A stretch of DNA of 61,920 nt, the filler included, from Chiloscyllium plagiosum (Eukaryota), in NCBI RefSeq assembly GCF_004010195.1. It is 3 parts of one record of this genome, joined end to end, with 100 filler letters (N's around TTAATTAATTAA, not from the genome) between each part and the next. Parts side by side here need not be neighbours in the genome. Positions count along the whole stretch, not along the records: positions 1 to 14,421 come from NC_057717.1; positions 14,522 to 40,227 come from NC_057717.1; 1 more part is not named here. One strand, given 5' to 3'. The translations under genes were made by a program, and so were the position numbers. A model generated the notes under the pieces. The model worked only from the letters and a program-made list of their open reading frames with translations. It was not told the origin of the DNA and searched no databases. This document shows positions 12,831 to 24,340 of this stretch, piece by piece (position 1 is the stretch's first letter; every line of letters begins with the position of its first letter).

Positions 12831-13584
12831 CAATCTCTGGACCCTGTGTTTGTGGAGTTTTTACAATCTTCCCGTGTCTGCATTGGGAGAATTGACTCTT
12901 TTCTCTCTCCACAGTATGTTTCTGTGTTTGTTTCAGATTTCTGCTATCTGCAGTATATTTACTTGTGTTTGATGGAGAATTGCTGTAAATATGACGGCTT
13001 TATTGTAAAAGTGGCCCTGGTGCTCGGGCTGCCCGAGTGCTTGTGAATCTTGCCCAGCTCCTTATGTGTGTGCATGTCCCTGATTATCTGCTCTGTCTCT
13101 CTCAATCCCTGAGTCCATCCGTCACTGCATGCAGCCTTTCATCGAGCCACCCCGGGATTCCCCACATCCCATCGCCTGGCACTGGATGCTCCCTACGCAG
13201 GGAGCGCACAAAGACACTGGGCTCTTTCTGAACCGCCAGGGATGTGGGGCAAAGACTCTGCCATTAAAAGGAACAGAATAGCTAAAATCCAATTGAACGG
13301 CAAAGCAGAGTAAACAGGTTGAATGGCACTCATCTGTTCTAACATTTTCTGGTCTCTTGGACTAACATCTGTTTATCTTGGTCCATCTACAAATAGGTGC
13401 TCCATATGTATACCTTGTTACACAGGATTGGTGGAGGTGATAGATATCAGATCCTATGGTCATTTTGACTGATTCATTGGGCTCCACTTTCCTGGTTAAT
13501 GAGATCACACTTAATTTTTATTGTCAAGTCTATCCATTTTAAAGTAAAGATCTTGCCGGAGTTGTGCTGAAATGATATTTGAAT

Positions 13585-14170
13585 ATAGGAGAGACTAGAT
13601 TATACCACGTGCCAGTGAGGTTAGGAATAGGAAGGCAGTACAGTTAAAAACATGGTCAAAGAGCTGGTAGGGTAGGCAGCACTTGCAATATATGGATCAT
13701 TGGGACTCCCGGATCGGTAGGATATACACAAGAAGGACGGGATGCGTCTGAACTGGCATCAATCTCCGATATGTGGGTCATTGGGATTCCTGGGTCAGTA
13801 TGAAGTACACAAGAAGGACGGGATGGACGTGAACCGGCAGCAATCTCCTGGCAGGCAGGTTAGCTATTGTCACTCAGCAGGGTTTAAACTAGTATGGCTG
13901 TGGGGGCAAGGGGTGGGGAGGGGGGGTGGAGCCAGAGCAGTACATACACAAGCACAGAGACTGAAGAGCATTTGGAGACTAATCCCAGTACAGCTAAGAC
14001 CAACAACAAACTGGCAGTGTGGAGTGAACGCAATGGGACTGGCAGTCTGAAGTGAGCTGATTTTAATGTGAGCAGTATGACAGGCAAGACAGATGAGCTT
14101 GATGCTTGGAGTTTGAATGAGTATATATAACTATGATATAAATATTACAGAGATTTATTTGAGAGAGGTA
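13585..14170 (+). mobile_element. Old CR1 ORF1 esterase-like region with an internal duplication of about 80 bp
   Basis: PRASEVRNRKAVQLKTW, then tacacaagaaggacgggatg...tgaac twice (about 13726 and 13807). Confidence 0.6.
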
Positions 14171-14421
14171 TTAGAAAACAGTCGATCCAATGGGTCCAGA
14201 GAGAGGTGAAGAATGTGCATTGTGAGGCTGGAGACTGTTGTCTGAAGCAAAATAATTATCCAGCAGTTTATTGGAATTGGACAGTGGGTGATGCAATGTA
14301 CAGATTGGAGGGACAAGGGAGGAAACAGAAATTGACTGTTTGCAAAATTTTCTGTTTTACTGGCAGTCTTTTGTAATCTCCAGTTACCAGAGAATAGACG
14401 AGGAGAATTTACATCAGGTAA

Positions 14422-14521
14422 NNNNNNNNNNNNNNNNNNNNNNNNNNNNNNNNNNNNNNNNNNNNTTAATTAATTAANNNNNNNNNNNNNNNNNNNNNNN
14501 NNNNNNNNNNNNNNNNNNNNN
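14422..14521. other. Assembly gap with an artificial six-frame-stop linker
   Basis: 100-nt block of N with TTAATTAATTAA at its centre (14466-14477). An identical construct occurs at 40228-40327. Confidence 0.95.
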
Positions 14522-14815
14522 TTCTTGCAGTCTTCTGCAGTCTTCTTCTTGACCTCTCCGCCTCCATCTTACTCCGACCTATCACCCTCACCTTGACCTC
14601 TTTCCACCTGTCACATTTCCAACGCCCCTCCTCCAAGTCCCTCCTCCCTACCTTTTATCTTCTCCTGCTGAACACTCTCTGCTCATTCCTGAAGAAGGGC
14701 CTGTGCCCGAAACGTCGAATCTCCTGTTCCCTGGATGCTGCCTGACCTGCTGTGCTGTTCCAGCAATAAAGTTTCAACTTTGATCTCCAGCATCTGCAGA
14801 CCTCACTTTCTCCTC
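14522..14815 (+). mobile_element. Young Penelope-like terminal repeat containing a hammerhead ribozyme motif
   Basis: ATTC-CTGAAGA-A-GGGC-ctgt-GCCC-GAAA-CGTC-GAAT at 14685-14720, followed by gatgctgcctgacctgctgtgctgttccagc. A related copy lies on the minus strand at 43373-43665. Confidence 0.75.
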
Positions 14816-14978
14816 GACTGTTGTTAATGTCAGTCTCCATGCAATGTAACTGTGTCACTGGAGGGTTTCCCTCTCTAATGGTGAGGGGCTTCACTCAGTG
14901 CGCTATCCCACTGTAGTAGCAGATGCATCAGCTCCAACAGTAACAGAGATCAATAACTGTGTAGACAGAGAGAGGACA

Positions 14979-15160
14979 GATCTGAATCTGAGAATAGCAG
15001 ACTGGAACATTACAACAATGGAGAGGAGACTTTCCTTGAGTCATTTCAAGATTTCGCCCTATTAGGAATTTCTACCATATCGGATATCAGCAGTGTTTAT
15101 GATTATTCTGGGCGTGGTGGAGGGTGTGCTACTAATCTATTCTCGCTATTGTTGGCGTTC
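14979..15160 (+). pseudogene. GPR139-like GPCR exon 1 remnant, copy 1 (most decayed)
   Basis: DLNLRIADWNITT-M(15018)ERRLSLSHFKISPY*EFLPYRISAVFMIILG, then frameshifted Y*SILAIVGV. Homologous to copies 2 and 3; splice donor lost. Confidence 0.6.
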
Positions 15161-16540
15161 TCTACCTCTGTCCATTCATTAATTCCATAAGCAAATTTGA
15201 ATTTCTTTGAAAATTCTGTTATCTATATTTGTCAGAGAAAGAAACTGTTGTCTTCAGTTTCAGTTGTAGTCTCCATTCATTATCCATGAATTGCAGACCA
15301 CTACCTTAGAAACATCTGCGAACAAAACTGTTCACAACCTCGAGATCTCTTTTTGCCCTGAACTGCTTTATGTCTCGTGTTCTCTCTGTCACTAAACCTG
15401 TCAACTACCAGCTCCTAATATGACCCAATCTTCATCTCTATGTTAGTGCTGTTGCTGAACAAACCAATAGCTGCACGTTGGTAAAATTCAGACTTCATGT
15501 TTCAAGCACTCTGCTGACCATTTCTCCAATGACAAATATTTCAAGCACAAAATTATTCCTGTCTCGGATCTTACTTCATGATTAGGACACTGTATGAATG
15601 TAGGAATCGCTGGATGCATTTCAGAAGCAAAGCTTATTTAGCGAAAGATATTGTTTCAAGTGATTCGTTTCAAGTCCTACCACAGCTGATGACAGAACTT
15701 AAATAAAAATGATAAGAATTGGAATAAAAGTGAATTTCACGAAAAACAACCACTAAACCAACGTTTTGTCTGAACACCTTCCTGTTTAACTCATCACCTT
15801 TGGTAAAGAAATCTGATTTTATTATCCGGTCTGGGTTAAGTGAGATTTCAGACCCATGACAATGTGCTTTACTTTATATTGGCTTGTGGAATGGCCTCAG
15901 AATCAGGGTAATTAGTGATGGTCACCAAGTGCTGCCCTTGGCAGAGATGCCAACATCCCACGAAATAACAAAATTGAAGATGGATTCAAATAAAGGAAGA
16001 CGCTGAAAATCTGAAATTATGGAAAAAAATGCAAAGAAACGAACAGAAAGTGCTGGGGAACTTTCCTGAACTGAAAGCAGCTGGAAAAAAATGTGATTAA
16101 TACCGTTGAGAAGGAAGTCTGCTTTGAAGGGGACAAGGAGTCAATAGAGAAAAAGTGATATAGAAGAAAAAAGAGAAACAAAGAGAATGATGATCAGCTG
16201 TGCTGGAAATAAAATGTAAGATTCACCACATTTATTTTTCGCTTATCCCATCTTCCTGAATATCATGCTCATTTAGATACAGATATCGCCCGCTTTTCCT
16301 CAGGACAGCTGGGGAGAATGGGCGGAGCTGGGGGTTAGGACCGGAGAGACCTGGGCGTGAGCACTGGAGGGAGCTGTGGGTAGGAAGGTGAGGATTTATT
16401 TTGTCCTGTGCCAAGATGTCCAGGAAGATCATGGTAAGCATGGATGTACTGAAAGATGGCTGTGAAACATGTCTGAGAGGCATATAGGTTGCGCTGCACA
16501 GGGCGTGCGCTAGGTGAGATCAATATGAACAAAATCAGCA

Positions 16541-17395
16541 TTATCTGAGATTAGAGAGTCCATTCACCAGTCTAATAACTGCTAGGAAGAAGCTGTTCCT
16601 GAACTTGCTGCTCTGTGTGTTCAAGCGTCTGTATCTTTTAGCCTGATGTAAGAGGTTGTGGGAGATCTTTACAGGCATATGATGGGTCTTTGTTAATGTT
16701 AGAACAAAGAACATTCCAGTACAGGAACAGGCCATTCGGCGGTCCAATCCTGCGCCGATCCAAATTTGCAATTTCAACCTGTCTCCTATTTTCTAAAGGT
16801 CTGTATCCCCATGCTCCCTGCCCATTCAAGTATCTTTCCGGAAACATGTTAAATAGAGCACCACTGGTCACAGTTCTCCATTTTGAGAAACTCCCTTCCC
16901 CTACTACGCTCTGTCCCCTGTTGCCAAGCCAGTTCTTTATCCATGTAGCTAGCACACCCTGGACACCATGTGTCTTCATTTTCTCCATAACCCGACCATG
17001 GGAAATCTTATCAAACGTCTTCCTGAAGTCCATGTATATGACATCTATAGCCCTCGCTCCATCAATCAACTTTGTCACTTTCTCAAATAATTCTATTAAG
17101 TTGGTAAGACATGACCTTCTCTGCACTAAACCATGTTGTCTATCACTTGTAAGACCATTTTCATCCAAATGAGAATGGATCTTATCCCTCAGTACCTTCT
17201 CTCGCAGCTTCCCAACCCCAGGCGTCAGGCTCATCTTTCTATAATTAACTGGATTATTCATGCTGAACTTCTTAAACAAGGATATTAGAAACTTTCCAGT
17301 CCTCTGGAACCTCAGTTGTGTTCAAGGATGTGACAAAGATATCTGTTAAGGCCCCAGATATTTCCTGTCTCCCTTCCCTCAGAAATCTTGGATAG
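16541..17395 (-). mobile_element. Rex1 tail plus CR1 RT fragment (paralog of 12203-12830)
   Basis: ORF 16638-17279: NYRKMSLTPGVGKL...QHGLVQRRSCLTNLIELF...IYMDFRKTFDKI. Confidence 0.85.
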
Positions 17396-19480
17396 ATGTT
17401 GGCAGCCTTTCTGCGGCAATGAGCCGTGTAAATAGAGTCAATGGTTGGAAGATTGGAGTCCGTCATAGTCTGGGCTGTGAACACAATCTTCTGTTGTTTC
17501 TGATGGTCCTGGGCAGAGTGATGCCGTACCAGGCAGTACATTCACAACAGTGCATCTGTAGAGGTAGTACATGCTAAATATCCTGAGCCAAGTGAGGAAG
17601 GAGAGACGTTTTTGAACCATCTTGACTGTCACACCTATGTGAGAAGTCCAGGGTAGGTTGCCAGTTATCATCATTCCGAGTGACTTGACGCTGTGCACTC
17701 TCTCAACTGTTGATATAGATAGGGGCTTATTCCCCTCCTTTCGTTCTAAAGTCAATGATCAGTTCATTACTTTTGCTGAATTTGAGAGGGAGGTTATTAT
17801 CATTCCATCATGCCACCAAACCCACTTTCTCCTTTCTGTGTTCAGACACATCGTTGTTTGATATGCCTCTTGCTTTGGTGATGTCATCAGCAAACTTACA
17901 GTTGGCATTATTTGGAATTTAGCAACGCAGCCACGCGTATACCGGAGTACAGTAGAGGGCTGATGACAAGGTCGTGTGTGTACAGAGAGTACAGTAGGGG
18001 GCTGATGACACAGCCATGTGTGTACAGGAGTACAGTAGGGGGATGATGACACAGCCCTGTTTGTACAGGAGACAAGTAGGGGGCTGATGACACAGCCGTG
18101 TGTGTACAGGGAGAACAGAGGGGACTGCGGACTCAGCCGTATGTGTACAGGGAGTACAGTGGGGGCTGAGGGCACGGCCGTGGGTACACAGGGAGTAGAG
18201 TAGGGGGCTGAGGACACAGCCGTGTGTGTACAGGGAGTACAGTAGTGGGCTGAGGACACAGCCATGGGTATACAGGGAGTACAGTAGGGTGCTGAGGACA
18301 CAGCCATGGTGTAGAGGGAGTACAGTAGGGGGCTGAGGGCACAGCCGTGAGTGTACAGGGAGTACAGGAGCGAGCTGAGGGACATAGCCATGTCTGTACA
18401 CAGAGTAAAGTAGCGGGCTGAGGACACAGCTCTGTGTGTATAGGGAGTACAGTTGGGGGCTGAGGGCACATCTCTTGGTGTACAGGGAGTACAGTCGGGG
18501 GTGAGGATACAGTCGTGGGTGTACAGGAAATACAGTAGAGGCTGAGGGTACAGCAGTATGTGCACAGGGAGTACAGTAGGGGGCTGAGGGACACAGCCAT
18601 GTGTGTACAAGGAGTACAGTAGGGGGCTGAGGGCACAGCCGTCAGTGTACAGGAAGTACAGTAGGGGGCTGCGGACACAGCCATGTGTGTACAGGAAGTA
18701 CAGTAGGCGGCTGAGCGCACAGCAGTATGTGTAGAGGGAGTACAGTAGGGGGCTGAAGACACAGTCCTGTGTGTACAGGGAGTACAGTAGGGGGCTGAAT
18801 ACACAGCCGTGCGTGTACAAGGAGTACTGTAGGGGACTGAAGACACTTCCTCCAGGAGCTCCAGTGTTGAGTGGTATTGTGGCGGAGGTGCAGATAACTG
18901 TCATCACAGATTGTGGTCTGTGGTTCAGAAACCGGGGGATCCAGTTGCAGAGGGTGGAGCCGCGACTAAGATCACGTAAGTTTGAGATCAGTCTGGAGGT
19001 GATAATGATGTTTAAGGTGGAGCTGTCGTCAATGAGCAGGAGTCAGGTGTAGGTGCCTTTGGTGTCCAGATGTCCCAGGAATGAATGCAGGGCTCGGGAT
19101 ATGACGTCTGTTGTGGACCCGTTACATCAGCCAGCATATTATAGGTGATCAAGTTAGGCTGGGCGATTGGAGGTGATGTGGGCCATAACCAGCCTTTCAA
19201 ACCACTCCATGTTTATTGAGGTTAGAATCATTGGGCAGTAATCATTAAGTCATTAAAGCATGAGTTTTCTCACTTACAAGGTTGATGTTGGTCTTCTTGA
19301 AGCAGGTTGGGACTTCAGCTTGTAGGAGGGAAAGGTTGAAATTGTATGTGAATACCTATGCCAGTTGGTCCTCACAGGATCTGAGTGCTCAGCCGGGAAC
19401 ACTATCCAGGCCCGGCGCTTTCCTTGATTTGACCTGCAGGAAGACTGATCATGCCTGCAGCGGTGACAGCAGGCACAGGT
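17396..19480 (-). mobile_element. Rex1/Babar LINE RT region with an internal minisatellite expansion
   Basis: LNTGAP-G-(CVLSPLLYSLYTH)n-CVAKF, KFADDIT at about 17875-17895, and ISTVERVHSVKSLGMMITGNLPWTSH. Confidence 0.85.
17927..18846. repeat. 42-bp minisatellite, about 22 units, derived from the LINE RT motif GCVLSPLLYSLYTH
   Basis: Consensus gtgtgtgtacagggagtacagtagggggctgaggacacagcc. Both flanks continue as normal Rex1 RT sequence. Confidence 0.92.
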
Positions 19481-19844
19481 ACATCCGAGGCTGTCGGGGC
19501 AGGTTTCACACTGCCAGTCACACAGTTATTCATCATAGACATCCCGTCGCCGACCTCCCTCCATCGTCATCAATACACAGTGACATGGTTGGTATGAGCA
19601 CAACTCATTTCGTGTTGCGACGGGGTGACATCAATAAACTGGGATTGTGCATCACAATGAGGTAAACTCACAACAAAAGGGGCGTAGGGTGTGCTTCTAC
19701 TGAGAGTCAGTGGTGCAGGGAGTGAGGACTTTACAGGTGTAATTCAAGTCAAGCAACTGCTTCAACGTGAATGGAGTCAAGCACCTTAACTGTTGTGCCT
19801 TGTAGATGGTGGACGATCCTTAGGGAGCCAGGAAGTGTATTATA

Positions 19845-20500
19845 TATGAAGAAACTGAATAAAGGACTTGAGGGCAGTTTTGCGAAGTTTGCAGATGATA
19901 TTGAGGAAGTGGAGAAGCTGCAGAAAGGCTAGAACAGTTTAGGACTGTGGGAAAACACGTGGCTGAAGGAATACAATATGGGAACGTGTGAGAATATTCA
20001 CTTTGGTAGGCGGAATAGAGGAGACACTATGTTCTAATAAGATCCATTAAATCTGAAGCACAAAAGGATTTTGAAGCACTGGACCTCTCTTATGGTTAAC
20101 GTGCATGTTCAGTTGGCAGTTAGGAAAACAAAAGCAATGTTTGCATTCATTTCAAGAGAGCACATATTGCTGAGAATGTAATGGGCCCTGGACACATGGC
20201 ATTTGGCCACTTGTGAGCTGTTTTGGACACTATCTCTGGAGAAAGATCTGCTGGTGTTGGAGGTGATCCATCCTGGGGATGACAGCTTGTTATATGAGTG
20301 GCAGTGCGTACTCCACGGAATTTAGAAGAATTGTGGGGGGTTGGGGGGTCTGATAGAAACTAATAGATTACAGCAAAGATTGATACAGTCAGCATGTAGA
20401 AGATATTTCCATTTTTCAGAGAGACAATGACAAAATGGCACAGTTTCAGAGTGAAGGAATGGGCTGAATGGCCTAAATCTATTGCTATATCTCATGTCGT
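19845..20500 (+). mobile_element. Old CR1 3' half
   Basis: aagtttgcagatgat (KFADD), tgtgagaatattcactttggtagg, and the 3' tail gggctgaatggcctaaatctattgc. Confidence 0.7.
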
Positions 20501-20964
20501 TTTGGTCATAGGGTCTATTAGTCAGTATCGACTTGTAAGTCTCTGACCTGCTCTTGTAACCCTTGTATTTGTATGTTGATTTGACTTCACGTTCTGGTCA
20601 ATGTTAACCCCTGTGATATGGATGGTGGGAGGATTCAGTGTCAGCCAGGACTCCATTAATATTTTGAATATGAGCTGCTATCAGTGAGTCCCATCTGGCG
20701 GGAGTACATTCTCTCTACGATGATTGTCATTTTCTGTCTGGTATTTTGGAAGGATTGATCCTGTTACGCCAGTATTGTTGATTTAAACAAACAGGTGCAA
20801 TTTATCACAGCACTCAGCAACAACATGTCATCGAATACTGAACACCCTTCTAATAACAGAAAGGTCTAAAATGTTCACTATTAGAAACATTGCTTTCCGG
20901 TTCGTGTTCAAATGAGATAACCTGTCCCATCGAGATGGTCAACTTGGAACTATTTTTTTAATAA

Positions 20965-23900
20965 AGTTTTTATTGGATGTGGGCATCGCTGGATGTGCCC
21001 AGCATTTCTTGCCCGTCCGCAGTTGCCCTTGAGAAGGTGGTGTTGCGCTGCCTTCTCGAACTACTGCAATCTACCTGCTGTGCGGTGACCCACTAGTGAT
21101 TAAAGAGGGAATTCCAGGGTTTTCACGCAGCAACAGTGAGGGAACGGCAATACATTTCCAAATGAGGATGTTGACTCGTTTGGAGGGGAATTTGAAGGTG
21201 GTGGTGTTCTCAAAAGTATACTGCCCTTGTCATTCCAGATGGAAGTGTTCGTGAGATTGGAAGGAGCTGTCTGAGTATCTTTGGGAAAGTCCTCTATTGT
21301 GTCTTGTAGATAGTGCACACTGCTGCTCCTGGGTGACTATGGTGAAGGGAGTGAATGTTTGTGAATGTGCTGCAAATCAAATGGCAGTTTTGTCCTGGAT
21401 TGTGTCAATCTTCTTTAGGGTTGTTGGGCCTGCACCCATTCAGGCAAGTGAGGATGTTTCATCTCATTCCTGACTTCTGCTTTGTAGAAGATGGACAGGC
21501 TTTGAGTAGTCAGGATGTGAGTTTCTCCTGCAGAATTCCTCGCCTCTGATCTGCTGTTATATTCATGTCGTGAGTCCAGTTGAGTTTCTGGTCAACGATA
21601 CGCCCCCCAGGATATTGATAGTGGGGGAGTTTAGTGATGATAATGCTGCTGAATACAAAGTGGTTATATTGTTTCTTATTGATGACAGTCATTGTCTGAA
21701 TTTATGTGGCGCAAATGTTACTTGCCACTTGCCAGGTCAAGCCTGGATATTGCCCAGATATGTTGCTTTGGCATGGACTGCTTCAGTACCTGAGCATTTG
21801 CGAATGGTGCTGAACATTATGCAGTCATCATCGAATATCCCCACTTCTGACCTAATGATGGAAGGAAAGTCATTGTTGAAGCAGCTGAAGGTGTTTGGAC
21901 CTAGGACATTATCCGAAGAGATGTTCTGGACCTGAGATGACTGACCTCCAACAACAATGACAATCTTCCTATCTTTCAGGTATAACACCAATAATGGAGT
22001 GTTGGCCCGCGATACCGTTTTTGCTTGGGCTCCTTGATGTCACATTTGGCAGAATGCAGCCTTGGTGTCAAGAGCTGGAATTCAGTTCCTTTTTCTATGT
22101 TTACACCAAGGCTGTGAGGAGTTCAGGAGCTGAGTGACCCTGGCAAAACCCAAACTGGGCCTCACTGAGCAGGTTAATTTTGAGCAGGTACTGCTTGATA
22201 GCACTGTTGATGACACCTTCCATCATTTTACTGATGATGGAGAGCAGACTGATAAGGCGGTATTTGGACAGGTCGAATTTGTCCTGTGTTTTATGTACAG
22301 AACATACTTGGGCGGTTTTTCCCCATTGTCGGTTTGTAAACATACTGGAACAGCTTGGCTAGGCGAGCGGGAAATTCTGGAGTACAAGTCTTCAGGACTA
22401 TCGCCGGCATGTTATCAGGGCCCATAGCCGTTGTAGTATCCAGTGTCTTCAACCGTTTCTTGATATCAGTCAATTGAATTTGCTGAAGGCTGCTATCTGT
22501 AATAATGGGGACCAGGAGAGGAGGCCGAAATGGATCATCCACTCGAAACTTCTGACTGAAGATTGCAACGAAGGTTTCAGCCTTCTATTTTGCACTGATG
22601 TGCTGGGCTCTTCCATCATTGAGGTTGGGGATATATGTGGAGACTCCTATTCCGGTGGGTTGTTTAATCGTCCACCACCATTCACGATCGGATTAGCAAG
22701 GCTGCAGGGCTTAATTCTGATGCATTGGTTCTGTGATCGCTAACCTCGGTCTGTCCCTTGTTGCTTATGCTATCTGGCACGCAAGTATTTCTGTATGGAA
22801 GCTTCAGCAGATGAACATTTTATCTTTATATATTCCTGGTTCTGCTCCTGGCATGCTCTCGTGCATTCTCCATTGAACCAGGGTTAATACTCTGGTTTGA
22901 TGTTAATGGTTGAGTGGGGGGACATGCTGGGCCGTGATGTTACAGATTGTGCTGGACTATTGTTCTGCTGCTATTGATGGTCCACTATGTCTTATGGACG
23001 CTCAGTCTTGAGTTGCTAGATCTGCTAAAAGTCTGTGCCATTTAGCAAAGTGATAGTGCCACACAACACATTAGAGTTTATGGAGACAATAGACTTCGTC
23101 TCCACAAGGACAGTGTGGTGGTCACTTTTACCGATACTGTCATAGACATGTACATCTGCAGTTTGTAGATTGGTAAGGATGAGGTTAGGTATGCTTTTTT
23201 ACCCTCTCGTTCATTCCGTCACCACCTTCTGCAGACCCAATCTAGTAGCTATGTCCTTAGGAGCCGACCAGCATGATCAATAGTACTGCTGCCAAACCAC
23301 TCTTGATAGTCGACTTTGAAATCCCCCAGCCAGAATACACTTTGTGCCCTTGCCACAGTCAATGCTTTCTCCAAGTGTTGTTTAACGTGGACGAGGACTG
23401 ATTCAGCTGAGTAACGACGTTACGTGGTAATCAGTAATAGACTCCTTTGTCCATGTTTAATTTGTGTTATTTCTGTAAGGTATGATTCTGTGATTATAGC
23501 TATGTCAGGCTGTTGCTTAACTGGTCTGTAAGGCAGTTGTGTTCCCTTCTTCCATTTTGTAATATCTTTCATTGTTCATAGGTACATTCCATTCTTGAAC
23601 ATACATCTTAACAATGTACCTTTTAGTGCCTCGCTTATATGTTTCAGCAATCTTAGGTTTTTTTGCTGAAACTACTGTTTTAAACATTTCTTTAATAATT
23701 CTACATTAAAGTTAGTACTTTTAATCCGCATTAAAAGTAAATATACATTTCCCTAATACTTTCCTAGATCCATCATATACTCCCTTGAAAAACAACACAT
23801 TTTCCCATTTCTTACAGTATGATTCCGTGGGTATGTCTATGTCAGGCTGTTGCTTAACGTGTCTGTAAGGCAGTTGTTCCAATGTTGGCACTAGACCTCA

Positions 23901-24340
23901 GATATTAGTAGGGAAGACTTTGCAGGTTCTACATTGATGTTTCGAATGTTGACTTGTCTGGTTCCCATTTCGATGCCAAGTGTTCCATCCGGTTTCATTG
24001 TTTTAATTTTTTTTAGCGATTGGTACAACTGAATGACTCATTAGACCATTTCAGAGGGAAATTGAGAGTCAACGACGTTGCTTTGGGTCTGGAGTTGCAT
24101 GTCAGCCAGACCAGGTGAGGATGGAAGATTCCTTCATTGCAGGATATTGGTGAACCAGATGGATTTTTCTGACAATCGGCAATGATATCATTCTCATCAG
24201 TAGATTCTTAATTCCAGGGATATTTTTACATTAGTGAATTGAATTTCCACTATCTGCAGTGGCGGGATTCAACCTGGATCCACAGAACAGGAGCTGATTT
24301 TTCTGGATTGATAATCTATTGGTAATACCATGAGACCTAC
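20965..24340 (-). mobile_element. Second copy of the SINE-headed CR1/L2-group LINE, duplicated together with its flank (to about 24597)
   Basis: Collinear with 1-3065 (GPDNMPAIVLKTC, YRLISLLSIISKMMEGVIN, GIFDDDC). Non-element flank 24340-24597 also matches 3065-3320. Confidence 0.88.
23541..23816 (-). other. 276-bp AT-rich insert flanked by a 61-bp direct repeat
   Basis: gtatgattc...aggcagttgt at 23480-23540 and 23817-23877. The insert is absent from the paralog near 2540-2600. Confidence 0.8.

Noticed and set aside
14466..14477. TTAATTAATTAA inside N runs (also 40272-40283) as a biological motif
   Set aside because: Centred in identical 100-nt N blocks, so it is an artificial six-frame-stop scaffold linker. 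Adjacency across these points is uncertain.
17759..18907. 382-aa Cys/Pro/Tyr-rich ORF and overlapping ORFs as a keratin-associated or structural protein
   Set aside because: Produced by the stop-poor 42-bp minisatellite inside a Rex1 RT; the frame drifts between units.
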